From the NCBI GenBank assembly GCA_964270895.1, contig OZ185438.1: a stretch of DNA of 64,000 nt, one strand, 5' to 3'. A program made the translations under genes and the position numbers. Positions 41,801-54,300 of this stretch are shown piece after piece (the stretch's first letter is position 1; the number at the start of each line of letters is the position of its first letter). Under the pieces are notes generated by a model. The model had not been told where the DNA came from, did no database searches, and saw nothing but the letters and a program-made list of their open reading frames with translations. Source of the DNA: Podarcis filfolensis (lineage: Eukaryota).

Positions 41801-44800
41801 CTGTTTAGTTTGAACTTTGATTTATCCTAACAAGCCAACTTCCAACCATGTCTTATGGACCTTGCTTGTTCAGATAAACCATAATTTAAAAAACTAACTG
41901 CACTTCCTAGTCCAGACCTAACATCAAGCTGTGGTTAGGTGAAATGGAAGAGGACACTGGAGGAGGAGAGGGGCGATAGAAGCCCATTCATTTATTGCTA
42001 AATGTGAAGACTCATTCTGGGTTTTTGTTTTTTGTTTTGGAATAAGCCATTTAGAACTATGAAATGGATTGGCTTTTATTTGTCTTGCTTTATTTGTGAA
42101 TTTTTGGAATTCTTATGCTATTTATAGCCTATATATTTATTTAGTCCTACATAGTTCAATGAGACCTACAAACAAAGACCTACAAATAAATGCTGCATAG
42201 GATTGCAGTATTTATTGTTTGTTAATTTTGATTGTTTTTATTACAACCCCCCCCTCAAAGGGTTATCTTGATTATTTCTTTATCTTGAAATTAGATTTGT
42301 ATGTCTGCTTCCCTGTAAGTGACTTGACCACTTCCCGATAGCAGAAAAATACCAATCCAGCAGTGCAGGAAAGGGGTCAAAGGCAAATTTGTACTGCAAA
42401 GGGGTGTGAGAGAGAAAAGAGTGTATTCTGGAGCAGGATGGAGGGCTGCAGGGCTCAGCAAACATTTTCAGCAGGGGGCCGGTCCACTGTCCCTCAGACC
42501 TTGGGGGGCAGGACTATATTTTTTGGGGGGGGGGATGAATGAATTCCTATGCCCCACAAATAACCCAGAGATGCATTTTAAATAAAAGCACGCATTCTAC
42601 TCATGTAAAAACACACTGATTACCGGACCATCTGTGGGCCAGATTTAGAAGGCGATTGGGCTGGATCCAGCCCCTGGGGCTTAGTTTGCCTACCCATGGC
42701 TTATGGGCACTGAAGCTCAAATGAAAGGGTTCTGATAGATGTCACCAGTCTGGACAATAAGCTGGCGTTTACCTCCTTCCCCATTTCATCCATTGTCCTC
42801 CACAAATTGTTGTAATCCAAATAGGCAATGGGATTCCACATTGGAGGGAAAGGGCCTTTGAACGGATAAGATCTGCCCTGCAAAACAGAAGAAGCAAGAA
42901 AAAAACCCCACTCAAATCCATTTGCTTATTTTCCTCTATTTTGATTGAAAAAAGGATGCAATTCAATATAGAAGATCCATTTTAGAGAACAGATCTCTCA
43001 AATGAATATACAAAACAAGTCCTTGAGACTGCCATTAAAAAAAGCACACATTCTGTCCAAGTTGATGCAAATAACTCATCTTTCAATCATACATGTAGGC
43101 AGCCAACCAGGGCAGGAGAAAGAAAGTCCTCCATTACTCCTCAACTGCCTTTCTTGAACCTCCTATAGACCATCTTTGGATGAGCTTTCTAAATGGCAAT
43201 GATAGGCGCAGCTCAGACTTGTATCACACTCGCTAAGAGTTTCCTAAGATGGAAAACTCTGAGCCAATCCGTACCTTATACCTTAAAGGCCTTTGGGGAA
43301 GGGTCATAGCTCCAGGGTACAGCACCTGTTTTACATGCAGAAGGTCCCAGGCTCAATCCCCAGCGTCTCCAGGTAGGGCTGGGAGGGACCTCTGAAATCT
43401 CAAAGAGTTGTTGTCAACAACACTTAACTAGATAGACTTCACTTGGTAGAAGGTAGCTTCCTACAGTATGCTCCAAACCAACTTATTTACATATCCCCCA
43501 AACTTCCCTTTAACATATAGATCAGCAACACTCTGTCTGTGGCAAAGGTGAAGGAGGGAGGTCTGTCTCTCTGACAGCCCTTGGAAAAGACCCAAGGGCT
43601 TCCAACTTCTGGCACTGCTGCTGGTGAATGCAGGATGGATGGAGACCTTTGGGCAGGGGGTGAGCCAGGAATTCTTCTCCGGTTTGGATTCTAAATCTGA
43701 AGCAGAATAATTCAGGAACTCGTAACACACATCAGTGAGCTTTGCTGATAGCCCCATTTATTAGTTTAAAATATTCAGGGCATGCACATAAAGGACATAG
43801 CATTAGAAATGGACACATTAACTAAAATCTGTACTGTAAGTCAGTGCAAAATGGTTTAGGCTAGGTTGGCCTCCCTGCTTCCATCAAAACAGCCAAACTG
43901 CCACCCGCTTTTGTCTTAATTGGATTGTAGATTATGCCGCTTGTGTGCATGTAATATCAAATTTTAATAAGTATTTGATTAAGTGTCCAGTTAAACTGGC
44001 AAATTAATTGAAATGAACTGCTACACAAGCAAGATAATATGATTTAGAATGTTAATAGATTGATCACAACAGGAATCATTTGATAGGAGAGATTTTGTGG
44101 ATCAGTGTTATGTCTCATTTTATTTAGCGTCTTTAACAATAATCTTTGGTGAAAGGTAGCCAGCATATGTAAAGTGTGCAGCTGTTATAATTCATTGCCT
44201 TTCCAGCTATTTCTTTAAGAAAAGCCCCTGAGAGGCTAGAAATATCAACTGTACATACAGCACATAAAAAGCAGATACATTTTTTATTAGCTTAAAGTCT
44301 TTAGAAATTGAATTCAAAGGAAAGTAGTAAAAGCAAAACCATGGAGACAAGGAATAGCAAACTTGGCCTGCTTGAAAAAGTACACAGTATTGGAAAAGAC
44401 AAATTGGATGACCTGAAATAATATGTTCTACTTTACTGGAAAAAATACAAGTTCTTGGAGCGTCTTACAAGAATTTTATCTGTCTAGCACTGTTTGTGGA
44501 ATGAAAACCACCTTAGATGCCCCTGTGGGTGATCTATTCCCAGAGAGAAATGGGGAGGGGCTGATGAGGTTGAACATCTTAAAATTTTTATTTCATGATG
44601 TATGGCTGGAAATGGGTGGCACTGTGGTCTAAACCACAGAGCCTAGGGCTTGCCGATCGGAAGGTCAGCAGTTCGAATCCCCGTGACAGGAGTGAGCTCC
44701 CATTGTTCGGTCCCAGCTCCTGCCCACCTAGCAGTTCAAAAGCACGTCAAGTGCAAGTAGATAAATAGGTACCTCTCTGGTGGGAAGGTAAATGGTGTTT

Positions 44801-46521
44801 CTGTGCGCAGCTCTGCCAGAAGCGGCTTAGTCATGCTGGCCACATGACCCGGAAGCTGTCTGAGGACAAACGCCAGCTCCCTCGGCCTATAGAGCGAGAT
44901 GAGCACCGCAACCCCAGAGTCGTCCGTGACTGGAGCTAACAGTCAGGGGTAACCTTTACCTTTACCTTTACTGCCTCTCATATCAGTCTGCCTCTGAATA
45001 CCTGAGTATCAAGTGGGGAAGCTCTTCCTGATATCTGTTTGGCCACTGTAGGGACAGGATGGGGCTCTGGTCGGATCCTGCATAATTCTTTTTATATGCT
45101 CTTATTTTCAGCTTTTAGAAAAGGCCTTAGCCCATGTTCCAGTGGCTGGGTAAAACCTGAGAAGAATGACAACATCTTAAGTCATCTTGACTCTAATATT
45201 TATGCTTTAATTAGAACAGGTCTCCAAAGAAAAGTTTGAAAATGAAAAACGAAAGCAATTTCACCCAGTCATTTAAAATCCATTTAAGCTGTTCTACTCT
45301 GATCTCTGCACATGGAAATGGCCATTTATTTTGTGGAGCATGTCAAGGATGAGAATAAATCAGAGTATTTAACTCTTACACATGTATCTCCAGCCATAAA
45401 AGAGATGCCACAAAATTGAATGTGTTCCAATACAGCAATCACGTACTTTGGGGCTAATTAAGTCTGAATGCTCCAGCTGCTTTGCATATTTTATTCATAA
45501 ACAAGAAGACGGCAAACAACATTTTAATAAACAGTTCCAGAGCAGGAATGAAAATGAACAAGGCTTGAGAGAGCCTTGCAAAGTTGTAATTCAATGGTTA
45601 GAGCCAAGGAAGAAGGTAGGCTATGCACTTTACATAGAGACAGATTTGTGGCTTTGGTTAATATTTTATGGGAACCAAAAGAAGAAGGGAAGAGGAAAGT
45701 CAGAGAAAATAATAACCTACCCTCTTAATTAAGAAATATATACATGTTTGCAGATAAGATATTCATCACCTGATGAAGAATACATTTTGAACTGATTGAG
45801 GTGTTAATTTCCCCCCATGGTAAGGTAGGTGGAAGGATGCAGAAGGCAAAAAACCATATTTTTATTTCAAAAGTCCCCAGACTACCACATGCCCTATTCA
45901 TATTCATGAAAGTGTATGTAAAATTATATTGCTTTCCTCACCCCACTTCTCTGAGCAGCAAGCAATTGCCTGCATTTGGTTTCCTTTGGAGGAGCCCACT
46001 GGTGACTTATGCCGTTTGTGATGTACGAATTTACTTACAACTTACAACTAGGTGGAGCATAGGAGACATCAAATGGCCAAATCTCCAGCACAGAATCATC
46101 ATAGTCCAACCCTCTGCAAATAAGTTTTCCAAATCTAAATACTGCGACCAGAGTAGCCCATCTTCTCCACACTACAATGGGCTAAGCAAGAACACAGATA
46201 CACCATACCCAAGCATACCATACCCAGAAGATCAGTCTTATAAAAACAATTGTGCAGCTGTAACTTATTTGTTGCATTGGAACCAGGTATCTTCCCTCCA
46301 ATGCTTTGTTGCTTGATTATTTCTCCCCACTAGGATTCCTGTGAGGGCAGAGCAGAATGTGGTTGCAAGAATATCACCATCACAAGCTCCTCCCACTGGA
46401 TAGGGACCATGACTTCATTAGATGAGTGACACAAATGTCTTGTCACACACACCCCACTATGTACATTTTAATTATCTGAAGAAGCCTTCTCTGAATAAAA
46501 AATGTGTTGTGTAGTGTGTTT

Positions 46522-46573
<52 letters not shown>

Positions 46574-49500
46574 AGGGAGGGAGAAAGAATGAGAGGGAGA
46601 GAGAGAATAATCTCTTAAGAAAAATCACAGTGGACCCTCCTATTTGCCTCCACTCAGCCGCTTATTCCATAGCATAATAATTATTTTCTAACATACAGTC
46701 CATCCTGGTCTGAAATTATTTTGTTAATTGGTATTAGAAGTAATTCATACTCCTTGAATTAAAGAGGCACCTCAGTTAGTGAACTTAATCAACTCTGAAG
46801 TATTCACCATCAGAAAAGAAACAAAGATTTTTATACAGTGCTTTTTAATAAGAAAAATAGTGCTGGTACCCACCATGAAGTTATTACAGTGATTGCCACA
46901 CTTTTAACATATGGTGGGAAAGGTGAAGGTTGCATACCCTTGAATACCCCCAGAAAAATGCACTGGTTTTACATGACCCTCATTAAAACTTTCAAAGATA
47001 ACATTTCTTGCAAAGGCATCCACTAATGTTTTAATCTGAAAGTATGACATCATTCCCATACTGGATCGTCAGACAGGCAGTACTTTTCTCTGTGGGTACG
47101 CAGGGGTACGCATACCCATAAACATTTTGTGGATCTTTGAAGTTTTGTCCATTTACTGTATTTATTTTCCCGGATTTGAACTATAAAATGGTGATTTTCT
47201 TGAGTCAAAATGAGAGTACCCCTAAACTTCTTTTTTTAGAAAAAACATTTTGCAGGTATGCAAAATCCTGCAAAACCCTTGTTATTTTTAAAAATAAATA
47301 AGGTAATTATTATTCCAGTTATACAGATGTAAAGTAAGCTTAATATGGTGAATGACACTCTCATATCTGAACTAGAAATGAAGCCCATGTCTCCTAGGTG
47401 CAATCCATTGATTACAATGCCTTGGTGCCAGTTAGCAAACAACACTTTTCAATAATTTGTCTCATATTTATTGATTAGTACACCAATAAAACATCACTTA
47501 AGGGCCAAAACACATAAAGCCAGCCCCATGTAGAATGCTTAACATCCCACACATATCCCATCATGCACTTGCTACATGTCGGTGGGCCTACACGCAGTAT
47601 TACTGTTATGTACTGAGTTGAATAGGATCCAAACTGCAGCAGTCTGATTGGTCCTAGAACAATAGGATCCAAAAGGCAGCAGTCTGATTGGTCCTAGAAC
47701 AATACAGCAGTATGATTGGTTGGCAGGAACCACCCAATCATGCTCCAGATAGAAGTGAATCCACAACCTGATTGGCTTACAGTAGAATTCTGGAATTAGC
47801 CAATCATGTGCAGCCCATTGTGTAAATAATGTATATAAAGCAGATACTTTGAGGGGACATTCATTCATTCCTCCTCACCACTATGAGCTGAATAAAGAGC
47901 ATGAAATCACTTTGCGACTCTGAGTATATTTCAATTACCAAGCCAGTAATTCCTGGCCTGCTGATGTGGTAATGATGGAGCTTAAATGGTAAATGTACTT
48001 AAATGCACTGGGGTATGCATAGAACATTTACTTAAACAAACATTTTACCTGTAATATACCAGTATGTATGTTATAGTGGTTTTTGCTTGGAAAACAGACT
48101 GATCATAGTTCTCCCTAATAACTCTTTGCTCCTATCAATATATATTGACCTTTTGGTAGACACTGTTTTGTTTGTTACTTTGAGTGATATATAGCTTTTG
48201 TCATTCCACCTAAAGGAAAGAACTGCTATAACCTAATCTATACTGGATTGTGCTCAAGGCAGCAAAGCCTCAGATAGCAATTGGCTTGAATGTTCACAAA
48301 TATTCCAACTGTTCAGAGAACTAAACTGTCAGAATGGAAAGTTGTCTGCCTGCCTGGGATTAAATACTGACCCACAGGTCCCAGGAAGAGAAGTAGTTTT
48401 GTGGGCCAGACTAAAAGGAAGGGGAGCCAAGGGACACCAGACCTAGACACAATGGGACTAAGAGAAACGTGCGGATTAGGCAGTAAGGTAAGAAACAGGA
48501 AGATGAATGAAAGAGCTATTTGGAGGCAAATGGACGGCTGAACTTCACATTTTGAATTTTGAACTTGCCCACCATATTTGCAGGCTCCTGTTGCTTCTTT
48601 GATGCACAAGATCTAGATTCAATATTCCTTACTTACAGCAAGCATTCTGCTCCAACCACAGGTCTGAACACCCAATGCAAAAGTGAATGACCAGTTCAAA
48701 CGTGAGTCCATCTGTCTACTTCTACCTTGGGCAACATTTGCAATATCTGGGAAGCCAGAGGGTTTATAAACCATTTCCGTTCAAGGATGATCACTATCTG
48801 CCCTTATTGCAACTGTAAAATTTAGTGAGATACTGCCAATACAATGTAATGTAATAACATGATGATTAATATTTCCGCCCTTGTCTGACATCCAGGTAAA
48901 ATGGTCCAGGCAGTCATCATTAACCTTTCCCCATTCAAGAAAATGAAACTGAATTTATAATATAGTAATCAGGCTGGCCCATGCTAAATCATTTAGCATT
49001 ATATGCTGGGATGGCCTTTGAGACATAATTAGAAAGCTATCCAGGCATTAAAATCTCCCAGTATAACCAGGTCTGCCACTGGGCATTCATCTAAGAAAAG
49101 ACCAATTAGGTTTTCTTCCAAGACTCACTCAGATACAGCAGAGCTGCTACTGGGAAACTACACTTTCACAGCACAGAGAGGAAGGGACACTTAAAATAAT
49201 AAGATAAATATTGCTACCCTTTACTGCAAATATCCCAACTAGATGATGCCCCCATGTTTGAACTGCCTGAAACTCTGCATCTAACAGAATTTTGCATATC
49301 TCTTTAGAAGGCATTAAACACTTCAAAACCCAGGAAATAACAGCCACCTCATTGCTTAATTCTGCATCTTGGTTATATACCTGATCAAATTTCAACAGTG
49401 TATCGCTACAGTTAATGATATTATTTAATACTGCAATAATCCATCAAATTGTTTTGATTTCACAATCAGATTAGATCACTTGATCCAGTCAAACTCCCAA

Positions 49501-51315
49501 CTTCTTGCAGAAAGAATGATTATACATAACCCCAGTTAGGCTTAAACATTGATCTTTAACCTATTTAGGGATTATGGAATGCTGCGGAAGAACACTTAAT
49601 GCCTATTTTCCTTCAAAACTTATGGCACCCCTGAGTATTCAGGTGAACCGGAGAACTTGGTAACAGAAGCATCCCAATAAAGATGTTATGAGCCACCATC
49701 CTAATTCCAAAAACATACACATTCAGAAAAAAAGTTCTGGTCATACCTTGACATGGTGAATGAGATGTTCTACTTCATTCACTTTATAGGTCTCTAGTCC
49801 CAGCTCCTTAGATAGTCGCAAGACACGGTTTTGTGTTGGCCCCACGTATGCCCCTCCTAGGTCCACATATTTGACATGCTTATTCTGGCAGAGAAGGGAA
49901 CAAAGGAAACGTTCTTGGCAAATGGCTATCAAACAAAACTTGTGATTCTCCATTTTTGCCCTCAATTCTGTGCCATGGGATGAAAATGTTTCTTAAAAAA
50001 CAATTCAAAATATTTATAAGTTCTGCTACTTACCCTTCACCAGAAGGTCCGAGGGTGGGTCAAAGCAGTAGAAATAATATACAACTTTTAACACGTGCAA
50101 AACCATTCCAGTCAGAGCAAAACGATACAGATACATCAAAGGAGATGGGTCCCACAAAACAAAATTCTTTCGTGGCAGGGAAAAGAGTGAATGGCAGAGT
50201 AAAGAGGTGCATCATACGATGAAGGCTCTGCAGTGAAGATGCTAGACACTCCCATGTGGGGACAGGGAATCTGACAATTTAGCAGCTGCCCCTCCTCATT
50301 AAGGGTATCCCATTGAAGGGATCCAGGGTGAGTGGATCCTGTCTGAAGCCTGGGCGTGGGCTAGGGCCATGCCACGACTCCATCGGTGACCTCTTCATTG
50401 ATGTATATCAGGGGTCAGCAACCTTTTTCAGCTGTGGGCCGGTCCACCATCCCTCGGACCATGTGGGGGGCTGGACTATATTTGGGAAAGAAATATGAAC
50501 AAAATCCTATGCCCCACAAATAACCCAGAGATGCATTTTAAATAAAAGCACACATTCTACTCATGTAAAAACACCAGGCAGGCCCTACAAATAACCTAGT
50601 GATGCATTTTAAATAATAGGGCACATTCTACTCATGTAAAAACACACTGATTCCTGGACCATCCACGGGCCGGATTGAGAAGGCGATTGGGCCGCATCCA
50701 GCCCCCGGGCCTTAGGTTGCCTACCCCTGATGGCTCCCCTTATTGGTTGTTGACCCTTTTGAGACTTCCTGCAGACAGGCAGGAGTCAGGATATAGTCTG
50801 GCTTCACCCAAATGCCTAAGTCAAACCGCTCACATCTGCAACCAATAAAGTTGTGACCTAATCGATCTCATTAAACCAACATATTTGTGTCTGTGTGTCT
50901 ATTTCTGAGAACTGCGGGGCCCGGGGCCTCGCCAAGCAATTTAGGAGCTGCAACAGACAAAATCCTCTCCAAGGCCACTATTCTTAACCCTTTAAAGGGT
51001 GGTGGAACTACCAAGAGAATCCCCTCTACCAATTATAACAGTCAAGTGCTTATAAGAATGGAGATGCAATATTTGCTATTGTGTTGTTGTTTTATTATGT
51101 TATTATGAAATAGTTTGCAATGTTTGATTTTGAAATGCACTTTGTTGTGAGCCAATTTGAGCATCATTTTGTGATGCTTTGTGAATGAATGAATAAAAGA
51201 GATAAGACAGGAATACTTACTCTGACTGTGAATGTTCTGCCTCCAACCCTGTCACGGGCTTCCAGGACCACAACACTCAATCCCGAGTCAAACAGCAACT
51301 TGGCTGCTGATAGAC
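26717..51315 (-). CDS. MAOB: Amine oxidase [flavin-containing] B (MAOB-type), exons 2-15; exon 1 outside window
   Basis: complement(join(26717..26872,27540..27602,28435..28546,29347..29444,30159..30216,31863..31916,32617..32713,34513..34672,35765..35914,36368..36509,41073..41164,42773..42877,49747..49884,51221..51315)). All exon sizes match MAO genes and all introns are GT-AG. MAOB-like motifs are [42 protein letters not shown]201 and T314. Tail-to-tail to the MAOA-type gene, as in mammals. Confidence 0.93.
27072..27492. mobile_element. Tc1/mariner-type MITE, copy 2, in MAOB intron 14
   Basis: Same TIR and TA TSD; ends 47 nt from the exon 14 donor. Confidence 0.88.
27540..27602 (-). CDS. MAOB: MAOB exon 14 ([21 protein letters not shown])
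   Basis: ttttag|ATA...CTC|gtaagt; 63 nt. Confidence 0.93.
28435..28546 (-). CDS. MAOB: MAOB exon 13 ([37 protein letters not shown])
   Basis: ttaaag|G...GAG|gtacag; 112 nt. Confidence 0.95.
29347..29444 (-). CDS. MAOB: MAOB exon 12 ([33 protein letters not shown]), FAD-attachment Cys
   Basis: ttctag|CCA...AG|gtatgt; 98 nt. Confidence 0.95.
30159..30216 (-). CDS. MAOB: MAOB exon 11 ([19 protein letters not shown])
   Basis: ctatag|G...CAT|gtaaga; 58 nt. Confidence 0.94.
31863..31916 (-). CDS. MAOB: MAOB exon 10 ([18 protein letters not shown])
   Basis: ttttag|T...AG|gtatga; 54 nt. Confidence 0.93.
32617..32713 (-). CDS. MAOB: MAOB exon 9 ([33 protein letters not shown])
   Basis: tttcag|AT...GG|gtaagg; 97 nt. 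Confidence 0.95.
32987..33313 (+). mobile_element. Sauria-type SINE
   Basis: gggacgtgggtggc head, tagataaataggtacc body, ttacctttacc tail; ACTAAT flanking repeat (32981, 33317). Confidence 0.9.
34242..34293. repeat. Interrupted (AAT)n microsatellite
   Basis: taataa...tagtaa run; explains the poly-N/poly-I/poly-L ORFs. Confidence 0.95.
34513..34672 (-). CDS. MAOB: MAOB exon 8 ([53 protein letters not shown])
   Basis: ttcaag|GCC...G|gtattt; 160 nt. Confidence 0.95.
35765..35914 (-). CDS. MAOB: MAOB exon 7 ([50 protein letters not shown])
   Basis: ttccag|GAG...GAG|gtgatt; 150 nt. Confidence 0.95.
36368..36509 (-). CDS. MAOB: MAOB exon 6 ([47 protein letters not shown])
   Basis: gtgcag|T...CAG|gtatag; 142 nt. 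Confidence 0.95.
37026..37231. mobile_element. Tigger/pogo-like MITE
   Basis: TIR CAGTGGTACCTC...GAGGTACCACTG; TA on the left, TG on the right; internal cttcaggtta repeats. Confidence 0.8.
37999..38510 (+). mobile_element. Possible decayed LTR-like repeat
   Basis: TGTT start, purine-rich GC-elevated body (spurious acidic [17 protein letters not shown]), candidate AACA end; no TSD found. Confidence 0.3.
41073..41164 (-). CDS. MAOB: MAOB exon 5 ([30 protein letters not shown])
   Basis: tcttag|ATT...AA|gtgaga; 92 nt. Confidence 0.95.
42449..42698. mobile_element. hAT-like MITE in MAOB intron 4
   Basis: caggg.tcagcaaac...gtttgcctacccatg termini; body shared with the 50409 copy; TSD not recognisable. 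Confidence 0.75.
42773..42877 (-). CDS. MAOB: MAOB exon 4 ([35 protein letters not shown])
   Basis: ttgcag|GGC...GAG|gtaaac; 105 nt. Confidence 0.95.
43295..43463 (+). mobile_element. Old tRNA-derived squamate SINE
   Basis: gggaagggtcatagctc..atgcagaaggtcccaggctcaatcccc head and aaggtagcttccta end; more degenerate relatives near 22230-22390 and 25190-25350. Confidence 0.65.
44608..44971 (+). mobile_element. Sauria-type SINE, near full length
   Basis: Box A/B-like head (gtggtctaaacc...gttcgaatccc), conserved body, (CCTTTA)3 tail. Confidence 0.9.
46522..46605. repeat. Compound (TG)n(GA)n(GGGA)n microsatellite
   Basis: Directly visible. Confidence 0.95.
47078..47248. mobile_element. Decayed hAT-like MITE
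   Basis: cagtacttttctctgtgggtacgcaggggtacgcataccc...gagagtacccctaaac..tttttagaaaaaa; right end degenerate. Confidence 0.55.
47604..47933 (+). mobile_element. Solo LTR (330 bp) in MAOB intron 3, antisense to MAOB
   Basis: TG...CA termini; perfect 5-bp TSD ATTAC (47599-47603, 47934-47938); six CCAAT boxes, TATATAAA at 47832, AATAAA at 47891; internal 40-bp tandem duplication (47621-47700). Confidence 0.9.
49747..49884 (-). CDS. MAOB: MAOB exon 3 ([46 protein letters not shown])
   Basis: tgccag|AAT...AAG|gtatga; 138 nt. Confidence 0.95.
50255..50934 (+). mobile_element. Probable old LTR-like element interrupted by a hAT MITE
   Basis: Starts TG, carries CAATAAAGTTGTG near 50843, ends CA; no TSD found. 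Confidence 0.4.
50409..50729. mobile_element. hAT-like MITE (same family as 42449) with an internal ~70-bp duplication
   Basis: CAGGGGTCAGCAAC...GTTGCCTACCCCTG termini; the acaaataacc..atgcattttaaata..cacattctactcatgtaaaaacac unit occurs twice. Confidence 0.8.
51221..51315 (-). CDS. MAOB: MAOB exon 2 ([32 protein letters not shown])
   Basis: tttag|GT...AGA|gtaagt; 95 nt; Rossmann-fold [10 protein letters not shown]. Confidence 0.95.
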
Positions 51316-54300
51316 CTAAAGAGCAAACAGAAGGATGCATTACGTCCCTCCACCACGCAAAGTACTCCCACCTACATGAAATAAGAGTCAACCTTGAAAA
51401 TGGATTTCATTAAATATTTCAGAGGTTTAAACCGCCCAATTACAAAGACTGAATAGTGAAGTGCTCCTTAGCCAGTGTTAAAATGCCATTATGAAATCTG
51501 GAATGCTATTGCCATGGATGGACATAGTAAATTGTTCATCAGATGGTGTTCACTTGAGAATACATCATTGTCTCACTCACATCCTGCTTACAGGCTTTTG
51601 CATAGGCATCTCATTGGCCACTGTGAGAACAGACTGCTGGACTATATGGGACCTTGGCCTGATCTTGCAGGCTCTTCTTATGCCCTTATTGTACATAATT
51701 CAGGGCAAGTGCTTGGGAAGTTCTTTGGATGCCAATGATGCAGCGTGACAAATGAGAGCACTTCCTAGCTATGCCACCTTTCTTATCCATTTGAAGGAGA
51801 ATAATCATTCTAATATATTACATGGCAGGAAACTAAAGGCATCTCCCATACCTAACCCTAATAATATTTTCACACATACACAATATTAGGGCACATGCTC
51901 TCTGGCATATTTTTCTTGTTTTATGGTTGATATTTAGCGATATATTGAGAATACCTCTCTCAGCTTCAGTTCCACAAATGGAAGTTAAACATGCAATTTT
52001 ATGAAGAACAGTGAAGCAATCACATAAAAATATTCTGTGCTGAAGTTCTATGCAGTATCTCACTGCATACTCTCTTAACTGCTTTTATTTTTGTTAGTTC
52101 CAGTTACAGTGCTACAAAATGTTACTTTCTTCATTGCATTACCCTATAGATCCATAATTTGCACAGTAAACCATGGCTTGGCATGATGTCCGAATTTAGC
52201 CATTGTGTGCCCTGTGGCGACTCAGCAGCTTTAACTCAAATTTCTCCAAGAGTTGCAGTGGTAGCAAAATTAATAAAAACAATTAATAATTGACAAGGAT
52301 TGATCTTATTTGCACAAAGGGCACTGCAACATTTAGAAAGAGGTGAAGCAAGGGAAATGCAGTAAGCCTTCATAAGTAACTATGGCAACCTGCTATAAAA
52401 TTGCATCCCCTTAAAGACTGGCTTCTAAGGGCTTTTACAATGGAAATTTAATCTGCAAAGACTGCTTCCCTATCACAGAATAATCTGTATTCAAATTACT
52501 GTCTGACTGAAATGTCAGCAATCATAATTATTAACCAAGCTTAGATTTTGGCCTGTTGGATTCCTGGTGGTTCATCTTTCATCAATCAGAATTTTAGATT
52601 CAATCATTTATCTACCCAAAACATCAGAAAGATAACATAAGATGAACATTACACGGGTTCTCTCAGTTAGGCTCACCTTTAAAGATGAACTTTGTGCAGT
52701 TATAAAATATAAAACTGTAAGTGATATTGCTGTATATGAAGGGAACTTGAGAGAAGGTTTGGTTAGTGAAGTATATACACATGTGATCTGACAATGTCTA
52801 TTCATTCCCATGGCCAATACTTTCTACAGTTTTAACTCAGCAATCATCTTCTCCATCCATCCCTTTGATTGGAAGCTTCCTCTTTGCGCCTTTTGCTTGC
52901 CCATTTGCCTCCATAGCTAAATGAGCTCCATGGCTCATCCAATACCAGCTTCTTCTATTATGCCACAGGGCCTTATTCTTAGCATCTGTGACCTATTGGT
53001 GGCTGCAAACTCCTTCACCAATCCCAAACAGGAGGTGAAATGAGGTCAAGGAAGGCCTCAAAAGGCATGCTGAATGGCACTTTTAGAAGCAGCTTTTCAA
53101 GCATGAGCCCCAAAGACTGGGACATTAATGAATTAGACTAAAAACCATTTGCAAAAACTAAGATGCTTGATTTTGGGGCCAAGAACAAGCATTTCCTCTC
53201 CACCCCACCCCGCTTTGGATTAAGAGCCTGTCTGGAATTTCATCTTTCCAAACCATCCAAGGTCAGGGTCACAGAGATGCTTCATACTTTCCAAAGCAGC
53301 CTGGAGGGGGGGGGAGGATACAAATCAGTGGTCCTTCCTCTTCCCACGTTTCTTGAGAATGTCAGAAACGGCTCCCAGGCATCTACCTCTGTAAGGAAAT
53401 CTGTCTGCTTTCTGTCCCTACATGTGTAATGCATTCACTTCTCCAAGGAAAGGGAAGCCACACAGAGACAGCCAAGGAGATGCTAAACAAGTGTGGGAGG
53501 AAGTTCATTTGTGTGTGTGTGTGTGTCCCCCAGCTTGTTCTGAACATCCAAGACAGTTTTGCCCACAGATAAAAATAGAAGTGTTTTCTAAAAAGCGCAG
53601 TCAGACAGTATACAACACTTAAATGTCTCAAAACGTTTAAAGACAGTTTCACGCAGAAGACTTTCCTCCAGATTGTTTTCTCTCCTAAGCACTCTAGAGA
53701 ACAGCCACTTCAGGCCTAATTTGGAACTCTGAAGTAATTTCACAACTAAATCATACTTAACAGAATATTTGCTGCTCAAGTGAGACATTAAAAACACCTC
53801 TAAAAATTAAGGTGAACTGGGAAGCTACACTCTCACAAATCACCACAATGGTGAAAAGCTTTACATAGTCAAACCACAGAAAGCACAATAATTGATAATC
53901 AAATAACCGTTGACTGTGGAGCCATTGAGTTTATGTCCAATTAGGTAATGTACCCACTTTAGATATACACTGGGAAACTAGCTTGTGTTCAGCTACAATT
54001 ACTGGTACCTGTTTGGTAAGGCTGGTCACAGATATTTTTGCAACTATTCAGAATAGGTCATAGTCAGAGTAGTCCCACTGAAATTAATGGATAAGAGCAA
54101 CTAAGGTCCTACTATTAGTAAAACTTAGTTAAATACAGCCCAATGTATGTACTCCATATGGGACTGACCTGCTTTAATTAATGAACCTAAGTTAGTTTTG
54201 TCCATTCATTTCAATAGGTCTATTCAGAGTATGATTTAGTAGGATGACACCCTATGTTACTTACTTATGAGGCACCCTCATCAGCACACTTGACAAATGC

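Noticed and set aside
45801-46316. 171-aa ORF in MAOB intron 3
   Set aside because: Starts at a non-ATG codon and has no recognisable domain or splice context; consistent with chance.
48863-49446. Pbx-Hox sites TGATTAAT and TGATGGAT as individual regulatory calls
   Set aside because: TGATNNAT is expected dozens of times by chance in 64 kb of AT-rich DNA.
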